Shown: positions 50,481 to 60,000 of the stretch, one piece after another | Numbering within the stretch: position 1 is the stretch's first letter | Layout: each line of letters starts with the position of its first letter | DNA from: Nitrospirota bacterium | GTDB taxonomy: Bacteria > Nitrospirota > UBA9217 | NCBI GenBank assembly: GCA_963663225.1 | Contig: OY760142.1 | Span: forward strand, 1,024,001 to 1,088,000 | DNA length: 64,000 nucleotides | Reading direction: 5' to 3' | The notes under the pieces: generated by a model | Told to the model about the DNA's origin: nothing | The model's input: only the letters and a program-made list of their open reading frames with translations | Databases searched by the model: none | Position numbers and translations under genes: made by a program

Positions 50481-51353
50481 ATGATGAGCCCTGCAGTGAA
50501 TGTTCATCCTGAAAATACAGATGACGAGCTTTCGTATCTGAGAAGTGAAATCAAACGATTACGTGCGGCGCTTCGCCAAAAAGGGCCGGCGCTTGCAATG
50601 CTGTTGCGGCACAGGGGGTTTTTCATTTACAAAAAAGACCCCCTCGACGATGTGCTCGTCCCGGCAGACAATCTTCTCGATTACTATTACCAAATGCTTC
50701 ATAAATATTCCTTTCGCCTTTTTCTCCGCGATGTGCTCAAACATCAGGAATTTTTTACTATCAGCCAGGTAGCGCGGTATGCCACCCCGGATATTGTTCG
50801 AGGCTATCTCGACTATCTGGTGTCTGCCGGCCTTGTCAAAAAACAGAGGCAAGGTTATGCTCTCGCACGGCCGCCGATCCGGAGTTTTGGCCCGACGCTT
50901 GAATGGTATCTGGCGGAAGTGTTTAAACGCGAGTTCGGTTCAGAAGCGTTCTGGGGGATAAAATTCAGGGGACGGGGAGTTGGGGGAGACTACGACGTAA
51001 TTGCCTGCATCGAAAAATCACTTTTTTATGCGGAAGTAAAAGCCTCGCCGCCGAAGCATATCTTCAAAACTGAAATCGCCGCTTTTATAGATCGCGTTCT
51101 CGATCTTTCCCCGGATGCCGCGATTTTTCTTATGGATACGGAGCTGCGGATGAAGGATAAGATCGTTCCGCTGTTTGAACACGAAATGGAGAATCGGTTT
51201 TCGAGTCCTCCGCCAATCGAGCGTCTGGAGCATGAGCTGTTCCACATTCGGAACAGAATCTTTATCCTTAATGCAAAAAGAAGCATCGTCCGCAACATAG
51301 AGCAGGTGGTGCGCAGGCATTTTCAGGAAAGCATTTCCGCCAGCCTGCATTGA
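50481..51353 (+). CDS. Hypothetical protein with C-terminal PD-(D/E)XK nuclease-like motif
   Basis: GPTLEWYLA...GDYDVIA...YAEVK, preceded by a possible winged-helix segment. Confidence 0.5.
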   Translation: MMSPAVNVHPENTDDELSYLRSEIKRLRAALRQKGPALAMLLRHRGFFIYKKDPLDDVLVPADNLLDYYYQMLHKYSFRLFLRDVLKHQEFFTISQVARYATPDIVRGYLDYLVSAGLVKKQRQGYALARPPIRSFGPTLEWYLAEVFKREFGSEAFWGIKFRGRGVGGDYDVIACIEKSLFYAEVKASPPKHIFKTEIAAFIDRVLDLSPDAAIFLMDTELRMKDKIVPLFEHEMENRFSSPPPIERLEHELFHIRNRIFILNAKRSIVRNIEQVVRRHFQESISASLH

Positions 51354-51401
51354 GCGCATGCGAAGGCGTATGCCGCTCTTATCAGGTCCGTTAAAATAGC
51401 C

Positions 51402-51431
51402 TTGACAGAATTTGCCCTGTTCTGGTACTGT
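51402..51431 (+). promoter_or_regulatory. Sigma-70-type promoter feeding the riboswitch
   Basis: TTGACA, 18 bp, TACTGT with an extended TG; places the start just before the aptamer. Confidence 0.6.
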
Positions 51432-51440
51432 TTCCTCGTG

Positions 51441-51552
51441 TAAAGGGGAGTAGCTGTCACAACTGTATCGTCAACACGCCGGATGGAATGAGAGCTCTTT
51501 TCCGTCCTGCCGGTACTCTTGGCCAGGGATGCCTGGTAAGCAAGACCTTTGC
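51441..51552 (+). ncRNA. yybP-ykoY (Mn2+) riboswitch aptamer
   Basis: AAAGGGGAGTAGC...TCGTCAACAC...CCGGT...GCAAGACCTTT hallmarks. Upstream of a P-type ATPase and a TerC gene, both typical targets. Confidence 0.88.
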
Positions 51553-51604
51553 TCGGTGAACATGCTGGAACTGCCAGTACTCATCGGGGAAAGGTTTTTT
51601 TTTT
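51546..51604 (+). terminator. Riboswitch expression-platform terminator
   Basis: ACCTTTGCTCGGTGA pairs imperfectly with TCATCGGGGAAAGGT, followed by a run of T. The 5' arm overlaps the aptamer's closing strand. Confidence 0.75.
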
Positions 51605-51667
51605 GCCCTTTATTGAGTTGCAGATGATCCGGCAGTGTTCTCCAATGAACGCTCGACGGAGGAAATC

Positions 51668-54346
51668 GTGAAATTGCACCAAATGCATATCGATCAGGCA
51701 TTGATGGAGCTGCATTCAACTTCCCAGGGAATAGCGGAGAATGAAGCGCGGAATCGGCTTATGCAATATGGTCCGAATGAACTCCAGGAAAAAAAGAAAA
51801 AAACTCCTCTCCGCATGTTTCTCGATCAGTTCACGGATTTCATGATTCTGGTGCTCATTGTCGCGGCAATCATCTCCGGCATTATCGGAGAAGCGTCCGA
51901 TACGATCGCAATAATGGTAATCGTCCTTCTCAATGCCGCCCTTGGATTCAGCCAGGAATATCGCGCGGAACGCGCCATGGCCGCTCTGAAAAAAATGGCG
52001 TCGACTTCAGCAACAGTTGTCCGCAACGGTCAATACCGCACGGCGGCTTCATCGGAGCTGGTACCCGGCGATGTGGTCATCCTCGAAGCGGGACACATTA
52101 TTCCCGCAGACATGAGGGTCCTTGAAGCCGTGCGCCTGAAGGTGGACGAGGCCGCTCTGACCGGCGAATCCATGCCTGCCGAAAAACAAACGGAAGCCAT
52201 GCATGATGAAAATCTTCCTCTCGGCGACAAAAAAAATATGCTGTTTAAAGGCACCTCCATCACGTACGGCAGAGGGAAAGGCCTGGTAACAGCGACAGGC
52301 ATGAAAACGGAACTCGGCAGAATCGCGGCCATGCTCCAGCAGGAAGAGGCGGGAAAAACGCCTCTCCAGAAGCGGCTCGCAAACTTCGGCACACGCCTTG
52401 CCGTTGCCATACTCATTATCTGCGGGATTATTTTCGCGGCCGGAATTCTCCGTGGCGAGGAACCGCTCGGCATTTTTTTGGTGGCCGTCAGCCTTGCCGT
52501 CGCTGCAATTCCGGAAGCACTGCCTGCGGTGGTCACGATTTCTCTTGCGATCGGCGCTAGAAAAATGGTGCAGCGAAACGCTCTGATCCGGAAACTTCCC
52601 GCTGTCGAGACGCTCGGCTCCGTCACCTACATCTGTACCGACAAGACCGGAACCCTTACGCTTAACCGCATGACCGTGGAAGAGATGTGGGTGGATGGTG
52701 AACTGATTCAGATATCGGATTCTGCCGCGCCCAATAGACAGCGCCGGCATCCTCTCTTCCAGGACCCGTATTCCCTCTTCTGCACCGCCCTTGCGCTCTC
52801 AAATGACGCGCGCTTCGACTCATCCGGAAACGCCATCGGAGATCCCACGGAAACCGCGCTGCTTGTCGCCGCGCGTGCGAACGGCTTTGATAAACAGGCG
52901 CTGGAAGCGGACTTTCCTCGCATCGCAGAGCTTCCCTTCGATTCAGAGCGAAAGCTTATGACGACGATCCATAGAATAATGCAGCCGGCGGAACCCGGAA
53001 AAGTGCCTGCCTGTGTATCATTTACCAAAGGAGCCGTGGAGGAGCTCCTTGGCAAATGCCGCGGTATGATAACGTCGCGGGGAGTACAACCGCTGGACGA
53101 AAAAGAAATAACCGGTCTCACCAGCCGCATTGCTGCAGATGGACTGCGGGTCATGGCAATCGGCATGCGCATGTGGCAAGACGCCCCTGACGTTGTATCG
53201 CATAAAAATATAGAACAGCACCTGTTGCTTCTCGGTTTTTTTGGAATGATGGACCCTCCCCGAGAGGAGGCAAAAGAAGCTGTTGCACTCTGCAAAACAG
53301 CAGGCATCACGCCGGTAATGATAACCGGGGATCATCCCCTGACTGCGAAAACCATCGCTCTGCGGGTCGGTATTTTGGAAAAGGATGAACCCGGTGAAGT
53401 CCTCACCGGCGCCGAACTTGACGCACTTTCGCTTGAAGAATTCGAGAAACGAGTCGAATCCATTCGCGTATATGCCCGGGTGGCCCCGGAGCAGAAACTG
53501 AAAATTGTACGCGCACTTCAGAGCAAGGGGCACTTTGTGGCCATGACCGGGGATGGTGTAAACGATGCTCCTGCACTAAAACGTGCGGACATCGGCGTCG
53601 CCATGGGGATTACCGGCACTGATGTCGCCAAGGAAGCGTCATCCATGGTGCTGCTGGACGATAATTTTGCCACAATGGTCAGGGCGGTCAGGGAAGGTCG
53701 GCATATTTATGACAATATCCGGAAAGTCATCCGGTATCTCCTGGCCACGAATTCAGGAGAAATATGGACCTTGTTCCTCGCGCCGTTCGTCGGCCTTCCC
53801 ATACCGCTTTTGCCGATCCATATACTCTGGATTAACCTGCTGACCGACGGCCTTCCCGCCCTTGCGCTCACCAGAGAACCGGAGGAAGGCGATACCATGA
53901 AGAGACCGCCGCGTCATCCCCAGGAGAACCTTTTTGCCGGCGGGCTTGGCTTCTTTGTGATCTGGATCGGCCTTCTTATGGCGGGGATTGTTCTTTCGCT
54001 TCAGGCCTGGGCGCTGTATACCGGCGATGCCCATTGGCAAACCATGGTCTTTACCGTACTCTGTTTTCTCCAGCTGGGACAGGTTCTGGCCGTTCGATCG
54101 GAGAAGGAATCGCTGTTCACTCAGGGCCTCTTCACGAACAAACTCCTTCTGTGGAGCATTACCGCCGCGATAGTACTCCAACTCTGCACGATTTATGTTC
54201 CGGTCCTGAATTCTGTTTTTAAAACGCAACCGCTTTCCGCCGCGGAATTGGCTTTGACTCTTGCGCTGTCGACAATCGTTTTCTTTGCCGCAGAAATTGA
54301 CAAATGGTTCCGGAGAAAAAAATCCGGCAGCTCAAAAGTACCGTGA
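51668..54346 (+). CDS. P-type (P2A) Ca2+/Mn2+-transporting ATPase, riboswitch-controlled
   Basis: TGES, AIPEALP, DKTGT, KGAVE, TGDGVND, WINLLTDGLPA. GTG start after GGAGG. Confidence 0.92.
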   Translation: MKLHQMHIDQALMELHSTSQGIAENEARNRLMQYGPNELQEKKKKTPLRMFLDQFTDFMILVLIVAAIISGIIGEASDTIAIMVIVLLNAALGFSQEYRAERAMAALKKMASTSATVVRNGQYRTAASSELVPGDVVILEAGHIIPADMRVLEAVRLKVDEAALTGESMPAEKQTEAMHDENLPLGDKKNMLFKGTSITYGRGKGLVTATGMKTELGRIAAMLQQEEAGKTPLQKRLANFGTRLAVAILIICGIIFAAGILRGEEPLGIFLVAVSLAVAAIPEALPAVVTISLAIGARKMVQRNALIRKLPAVETLGSVTYICTDKTGTLTLNRMTVEEMWVDGELIQISDSAAPNRQRRHPLFQDPYSLFCTALALSNDARFDSSGNAIGDPTETALLVAARANGFDKQALEADFPRIAELPFDSERKLMTTIHRIMQPAEPGKVPACVSFTKGAVEELLGKCRGMITSRGVQPLDEKEITGLTSRIAADGLRVMAIGMRMWQDAPDVVSHKNIEQHLLLLGFFGMMDPPREEAKEAVALCKTAGITPVMITGDHPLTAKTIALRVGILEKDEPGEVLTGAELDALSLEEFEKRVESIRVYARVAPEQKLKIVRALQSKGHFVAMTGDGVNDAPALKRADIGVAMGITGTDVAKEASSMVLLDDNFATMVRAVREGRHIYDNIRKVIRYLLATNSGEIWTLFLAPFVGLPIPLLPIHILWINLLTDGLPALALTREPEEGDTMKRPPRHPQENLFAGGLGFFVIWIGLLMAGIVLSLQAWALYTGDAHWQTMVFTVLCFLQLGQVLAVRSEKESLFTQGLFTNKLLLWSITAAIVLQLCTIYVPVLNSVFKTQPLSAAELALTLALSTIVFFAAEIDKWFRRKKSGSSKVP

Positions 54347-54537
54347 AAAAACGGCTGACAATCACCCGGCATGACACTGCTAAGTTGCAATACGACTTTT
54401 GGACGATTTTTTCGAACAGCAATATCCGTTACGGTTACAGCGGATGTGGTTTTTCATACAGCGCGTGAACAAGTTGTTGAAAAAAACTTCTCCTAACGGT
54501 ACAATTCAACTATCAATTCAAGAGGAATGAAATACTT

Positions 54538-55284
54538 ATGATAGACCTTGGTTTTTTCGGACATATCAGTTTTGACTGGGCATTCTGGTCGAGTTTTTTC
54601 AGCATCGTTCTCGTTAACATTATTTTGTCGGGAGACAATGCCGTGGTCATCGCCATGGCGGTCCGCAACCTTCCGAAGGAGCTCCGCAAAAAAGGCATCC
54701 TGTACGGTGCCGGCGCTGCCGTTCTGCTCAGGATTGTGTTCACCTTTTTCGTTGCACAACTGCTTGCCATGAGCTATGTGAAGTTGGTTGGCGGCGCCAT
54801 AATCCTCTGGATAGCGATAAAGCTTTTTGTGGAAGATGAGGAAGGCGGCGAGGGAAGCCATCTTGAAACAACCACGATCTGGAGCGCGGTCAGACTCATT
54901 CTGATCGCCGATATCACCATGGCGCTCGACAACATGCTTGCAGTGGCCGCATGCTCCCAGGGAAACCTCTTTTTGCTCATCATCGGTCTCGGGCTGAGCA
55001 TTCCCCTGGTCGTTTTCACCAGCAGCCTGTTGACGACCCTTATGGACAAATACCCAATTATCATTTATATCGGCGCAGCGATTCTGGGAAAAGTCGGCGG
55101 CGAAATGATGATTACCGACCAGGTGGTTAAACAATTTATTCCGGTAAACGATGTTATCGTTTACTCCGTCGAGGCCTTTTTTGCCGTGGCTGTTATTATC
55201 GCAGGAAAGCTCTACCTGAAGTGGACAGCCTTAAAAAAGGAACGCAAGTCAGTTCCGCTCACCATTGGTGATGATCATCCGTAG
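54538..55284 (+). CDS. TerC family membrane protein (YjbE-like)
   Basis: LSGDNAVVIAMA, ADITMALDNMLAVA, GLGLSIP. Confidence 0.9.
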   Translation: MIDLGFFGHISFDWAFWSSFFSIVLVNIILSGDNAVVIAMAVRNLPKELRKKGILYGAGAAVLLRIVFTFFVAQLLAMSYVKLVGGAIILWIAIKLFVEDEEGGEGSHLETTTIWSAVRLILIADITMALDNMLAVAACSQGNLFLLIIGLGLSIPLVVFTSSLLTTLMDKYPIIIYIGAAILGKVGGEMMITDQVVKQFIPVNDVIVYSVEAFFAVAVIIAGKLYLKWTALKKERKSVPLTIGDDHP

Positions 55285-55319
55285 CCATCCAAGCGGCAGA
55301 AGTTTCCAGTGAGACCGGT

Positions 55320-56261
55320 ATGATACTGATAACGGGAGGAACGGGGTTTGTAGGAAGACATTTCGTCCAGCGCGCGCGTGCGGAAGGCATTGCAGTCCGG
55401 GCTCTCATCAGGGACCCGAGAAAAGCGCAGGCACTCAAAAATCTGGATGTGGACCTTGTACAGGGCGACATTTCCGACAAGAGTGCGCTTGAGTCCGCAG
55501 CTGTGGGGGCGGACAGTGTTGTGCATCTCGTCGGAATAATCCAGGAAGCGCCGCACGTTACGTTTCAAGACATTCATGTTGAGGGCACACGAAGCGTTCT
55601 TAATGCCGCGCAAGCGAGCGGGGTTCGTTTCTTTCTTTATCTCAGCGCTCTCGGCGCCAGACCGGACGCAGCGAGCACGTATCATAAAACCAAGTGGGGT
55701 GCGGAGGAATTGGTGCGCAAAAGCGGCATCCCGTTCTCCATCGTGCGTCCCTCGCTCATTTACGGAAATAACGACGGATTTACCACCCGATTGACTGAGG
55801 CAATCAAGCTTTCACCGTTTCTTCCGATTATCGGATCCGGGCAGTCCAGGGTTCAACCCATTTCCATCGACGATGTCGTTTCCTGCATGCTGAAAGCAGT
55901 GACGGATCGCGCCGTGCTGAACGCAACGTATGAAATCGGCGGCCCTGAGCAGTTGACCTACCAGGAGATAACGGTTGCCCTTGCGAATGCCATGGGGATA
56001 CATCGACCGGTTTTGCACCTGCCGCTCCCGCTCATGCGAGTAGCAGCCAGGCTGCTTGAGCTGGCGTTGCCCGTGCCGCCACTGACCACCGATCAGCTTA
56101 CCATGCTTCAGGAAAACAACATCTGCGACATGCGGGACATCCGTGAAGTCTTCAGGGTTGAACCGGTCACCTTCCGGGAAGGGCTGGCCGCACTTTTTAA
56201 AGGATCTCATCAGCCGTGCAAAAAACCCGGTTCCTGCGAAAGAAAAGGAGCGCGCTTGTGA
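55320..56261 (+). CDS. Atypical SDR, NDUFA9-like NAD(P)-binding protein
   Basis: ITGGTGFVG, VHLVGII, SALGA, YHKTK, RPSLIYG, YEIGGPE. Confidence 0.85.
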   Translation: MILITGGTGFVGRHFVQRARAEGIAVRALIRDPRKAQALKNLDVDLVQGDISDKSALESAAVGADSVVHLVGIIQEAPHVTFQDIHVEGTRSVLNAAQASGVRFFLYLSALGARPDAASTYHKTKWGAEELVRKSGIPFSIVRPSLIYGNNDGFTTRLTEAIKLSPFLPIIGSGQSRVQPISIDDVVSCMLKAVTDRAVLNATYEIGGPEQLTYQEITVALANAMGIHRPVLHLPLPLMRVAARLLELALPVPPLTTDQLTMLQENNICDMRDIREVFRVEPVTFREGLAALFKGSHQPCKKPGSCERKGARL

Positions 56262-56878
56262 AGCTTTCGTCTATCGGTATTGTGTTTTTATCACTGTTCG
56301 TTTTATGTTTTGCGCTGTTGTGCCCTCTTACTTCTTATGCAAGCCTCTCTGATATTCCTCTTGAATGGAGGCCGACGGATCCAATCGGCTCCTACGATCC
56401 CATTGATCTCGCTGCATACCGTCACGCCGCCTTTGTCATCAAACCATTCAGGGATATGCGGAAAAACACCGCGGAAATCGGCGCTAATGTAGAAGCACAA
56501 TCATCCAACCGCGATTTGCGCGTCACCACCAAGGACAATGTTGCCGTATGGCTCACCGATCAATTCGGGAGCATTCTGAAGGAATTCCGGATAACCGTTG
56601 TTAAAAGCCAGGGAACGCTGACACTGGAAGCCGACGTGACCACGTTTTTCGTAACGGAGAAATCAATGTACCAAGCCGAGGTCGCTCTCAAAGTCCGGCT
56701 GAAGGCAAAAAACAATACTGTGGTCTGGAGCGGCACGACGAGCGGAAGTGCGTCCCGTTTCGGCCATTCCTATAAAGCGGAAAATTATTATGAAGCCCTG
56801 AGCAATGCGACTGTCTCCGCGGTGCACGGTCTTCTGAAAAACGAGTCTTTCGTCCAGGCAGTGCGAAAAAATAAATAG
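56258..56878 (+). CDS. Exported hypothetical protein (YajG/Lipoprotein_16-like)
   Basis: GTG start overlapping the previous stop, signal peptide, FRDMR..IG motif, beta-rich core. Confidence 0.55.
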   Translation: MKLSSIGIVFLSLFVLCFALLCPLTSYASLSDIPLEWRPTDPIGSYDPIDLAAYRHAAFVIKPFRDMRKNTAEIGANVEAQSSNRDLRVTTKDNVAVWLTDQFGSILKEFRITVVKSQGTLTLEADVTTFFVTEKSMYQAEVALKVRLKAKNNTVVWSGTTSGSASRFGHSYKAENYYEALSNATVSAVHGLLKNESFVQAVRKNK

Positions 56879-57023
56879 CCGGGCACTCGTGTATTTTCCA
56901 TGATTTTTCCTGCACTTCTGTTTCCCTGACCACAAGCCTTTCAGAATCAAAGAATCGCGCTGGTTAACAAAATATCATCGGCTGTTATTCGAAACATTTC
57001 CTTTCGACGGTTATATGTTTTCC

Positions 57024-57053
57024 TTGACTGTAAATCTTTTTTCATGGTACTCT
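57024..57053 (+). promoter_or_regulatory. Candidate sigma-70 promoter of the diguanylate cyclase
   Basis: TTGACT, 18 bp, TACTCT with an extended TG. Confidence 0.4.
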
Positions 57054-57191
57054 TTTATAGTATTTTCCTATGGACCTTTTTTATTGGATCGTTTTTTCCC
57101 ACAGACTTGTTGCTGAGTATTGAGTCTTACGCATTCTGCAGTTTTATTGTTCATCTATCCTTGTCATAACGCTTGCTGGGGGGCGGCAAAA

Positions 57192-58124
57192 ATGGCAAAA
57201 GCTAAGATTTTGTACGTTGAAGACAGCAATACACAGGGAATGATAACAAAAAAATTTCTGGAGGAGAGCGGCTACGCCGTAACGTGGGTCGTTGACGGCT
57301 CGTCTGCGCTCCGCCAGGCGCAGAGAGAACTCTTTGATGTCGTCCTGCTCGACTGCATGCTGCCGGACATGGATGGAAACGACGTGTGCATGCAGCTTAA
57401 GCACGACCATAGTACCAGAGGCGTTCCGGTCATCATGGTTACTGCAAAGGATGCCCTCTGCGATAAAATCAACGGCTTGGAATCAGGAGCAGATGATTAT
57501 CTGGCCAAGCCCTATGATGAGTACGAGCTGAGGGCCCGTTTGTATGCTGCATTGAGGACGAAACGCCTTCAGGACGAGTTGATCCAAAAAAACAACGAAA
57601 TGCGGGACATGCTGAGCAAGGTTGAGATGTTGTCGGTTACCGATCCCTTGACGCAGCTTTTCAACAGAAGACGGTTTGAGGATGTTCTGGCGGCCGAATT
57701 TAAAAAAGCCAAACGATATGCAACGCATCTCAGCTGCATCATGATCGACATCGATTTTTTTAAATCCATCAATGATACGTACGGCCACACGGTCGGCGAC
57801 GTCGTACTGAAGGAAATAGCCATAATAATAGAACAATGCATCAGGACTGTTGACACCGCCTGCCGTTGGGGAGGCGAGGAATTTATCGTGCTGACGCCGA
57901 TGACGTCAAAGGCATTTGCCATTCAGCCCGCCCGCAGAATCTGGAATTCGGTGTCCAGCTACGTGTTCCCTTCCATGAGCGGCAGAACAGTAACAATCAG
58001 CGCAGGAATAGCGGACGCCGCAAGCGCCTCTATCGACACTCCGGACAAGCTCATTCATGAGGCAGATCTGGCATTATATCAGGCAAAGAAGGCGGGAAGA
58101 AACCGGATAGAGATCCAGAATTAG
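57192..58124 (+). CDS. REC-GGDEF diguanylate cyclase
   Basis: REC (YVED, LLDCMLP, KPY), DIDFFKSINDTYGH, I-site RTVD, GGEEF. Confidence 0.93.
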   Translation: MAKAKILYVEDSNTQGMITKKFLEESGYAVTWVVDGSSALRQAQRELFDVVLLDCMLPDMDGNDVCMQLKHDHSTRGVPVIMVTAKDALCDKINGLESGADDYLAKPYDEYELRARLYAALRTKRLQDELIQKNNEMRDMLSKVEMLSVTDPLTQLFNRRRFEDVLAAEFKKAKRYATHLSCIMIDIDFFKSINDTYGHTVGDVVLKEIAIIIEQCIRTVDTACRWGGEEFIVLTPMTSKAFAIQPARRIWNSVSSYVFPSMSGRTVTISAGIADAASASIDTPDKLIHEADLALYQAKKAGRNRIEIQN

Positions 58125-58286
58125 CGCGCAGGTATGCCACGTCGGCAGCATCCAGAATGGCCGCACCTGTGCCTGAACCCTTTTGTGCAACCGATTTCGG
58201 CGGTAAAAACTGTGCTTGTCCGTGCTTGTAACGCGCGTGCGTTTTTCAGCACATCAGGCAACCAGTAAGCAGGCGACTATATACAC

Positions 58287-59012
58287 ATGAATATCATTGC
58301 AATAGGCGGCGGCAACCTGCGAAAAAAAGAAACGCTCGCTATCGATCAATGCATCGTCAAGCTCTCCAAAAAACGCTCTCCCCGTGTTCTGTTTATTCCT
58401 ACGGCAAGCGGTGATTCAAAAAATTACTGCACTACATTCGACGCTGTTTACCGGGACCTGCTGGGGTGCAAAACGGACCATCTGCTTCTGTATTGCAGAC
58501 CGCAAGACCGGGCCGTGGCAACTGAAAAAATCCGCGCTGCTGATATCATCTATGTGGGAGGAGGAAATACCCTCCGCATGATGAAGCTCTGGCGGCGCAT
58601 CGGGCTGGACGCCCTTCTGATCAAAGCGGCGAATCAGGAAAAAATTCTGGCCGGCTTAAGCGCCGGAGCAATTTGCTGGCATGCAGGGGGCCACTCTGAT
58701 TCGAGGTCTTTTTCCGGAAGAAAAAAGTGGTCTTATATTAAAGTGCGGGCGCTCGGCATCCGACCCGGGTTGTTTTGTCCGCATCTGGATGCTGAAAAAC
58801 GCCATGCTTCTTTTAAAAAAATGATAGCCGGAACGGCCATGACAGGCATTGCGTGTGACAACAGGGCCGCAGTCTGGTACCATGATACAGGGGCGACATG
58901 CTTGACCGCAGGCAGAAAGGCATGTGTTCATATTTATACCCTTCAGGACGGCCGTGTATTACAAAAAAAATTCAAAAACGGCGAACGTATAGTTTTTCAA
59001 CAAAACACCTAG
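58287..59012 (+). CDS. Peptidase E (family S51)
   Basis: IAIGGG, FIPTAS, IYVGGGNT, GLSAGA, CPH. Confidence 0.88.
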   Translation: MNIIAIGGGNLRKKETLAIDQCIVKLSKKRSPRVLFIPTASGDSKNYCTTFDAVYRDLLGCKTDHLLLYCRPQDRAVATEKIRAADIIYVGGGNTLRMMKLWRRIGLDALLIKAANQEKILAGLSAGAICWHAGGHSDSRSFSGRKKWSYIKVRALGIRPGLFCPHLDAEKRHASFKKMIAGTAMTGIACDNRAAVWYHDTGATCLTAGRKACVHIYTLQDGRVLQKKFKNGERIVFQQNT

Positions 59013-59106
59013 AAAACTTGACAAAGACTTTACAAGCAATCTTTGTTCTTCTTTATTGCAAACCGTTGTTGCAGCCTTGCCTTTGTCCATTTCTTTTTGG
59101 CCATTC

Positions 59107-59286
59107 ATGAAAAACAACAAAGAAAAAATAACCTGCCTTTCCTGCCGTCACTTTTATGTAACGTGGGACAAGGATTTTCCAAACGGGTGCTCGGCAATGG
59201 GTTTTAAATCGAAGCAAGCCCCCTCAGTCGCCGTTTATAAATGCTCGGGAATGGTCTGCCTGCAGTTCGAAAAAAAGAATAGCTAG
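59107..59286 (+). CDS. Small Cys-rich hypothetical protein
   Basis: 59 aa: CLSCRHFYVTWD..FPNGC.AMGFKSK..PS..V...SG..C. Confidence 0.65.
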   Translation: MKNNKEKITCLSCRHFYVTWDKDFPNGCSAMGFKSKQAPSVAVYKCSGMVCLQFEKKNS

Positions 59287-59424
59287 TCTTTTGCTTATAT
59301 TCAGACATCTGCAATACCCTGATTTCCTTCCGAAAAGGCATACGCGCTCACAACACATGCTGCCGCATAACAAATTCTAATACTTTTCATGTATTCGTAA
59401 CTAAGCAGAATTCGGACCGTCTGC

Positions 59425-59451
59425 TAAAGATTTAATCACAAATACCGATAG
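59425..59451 (+). promoter_or_regulatory. Sigma-28 (FliA) promoter of cheW-mcp
   Basis: TAAAGATT-N11-ACCGATAG upstream of chemotaxis genes. Confidence 0.75.
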
Positions 59452-59505
59452 AATAGACACAAAGGGGAATCTGCCCCGAATAGTTCTGAATACCGGGAGA
59501 TACCT

Positions 59506-59934
59506 GTGTTTCAAGTCATCGGGTTTCGCCTCCAGAATGAGGAATACGCGGTACCCATTCTGAAAGTCCGCGAAATAATCGGGATGCTGCCGATTACAGT
59601 CTTGCCCAATTTACCTGAATACTTTGAAGGCATGACGAACATCCGCGGCAGCGTCATCCCGATCATAAACTTAAAACGGCTCATGCATCTGCCGGAAAAC
59701 GGCGATCCTGCCGCTAAAATAATCGTCATCACCTGCAGAACAAGCACCTATGGCGTACTTGTCGATTCCATCACCGGCGTCGTATCCATTGATGAACAAT
59801 CAGTGGAACGACCCGACCGGATTGCAAACGCTGAAGACACATCATTCATCGACGGCATTGCAAAATTTGATAACCGGCTCGTTATCATTCTGAACACCAG
59901 CACGCTTGTCCCTCAACTTGTGCGGGCAAACTAA
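59506..59934 (+). CDS. cheW: Chemotaxis coupling protein
   Basis: FRLQNEEYAVPILKVREI, GMTNIRGSVIPIINL, GVLVDSI. Confidence 0.92.
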   Translation: MFQVIGFRLQNEEYAVPILKVREIIGMLPITVLPNLPEYFEGMTNIRGSVIPIINLKRLMHLPENGDPAAKIIVITCRTSTYGVLVDSITGVVSIDEQSVERPDRIANAEDTSFIDGIAKFDNRLVIILNTSTLVPQLVRAN

Positions 59935-60000
59935 AATACATTGTCTCTCATCACCGGGTAATGGGAGCCTCCAAAAACATTGAGCAAGGAGAACAGAGAG

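Noticed and set aside
54361-54385. Sigma-54 promoter before terC
   Set aside because: GG-to-GC spacing is 9 nt rather than the required 10.
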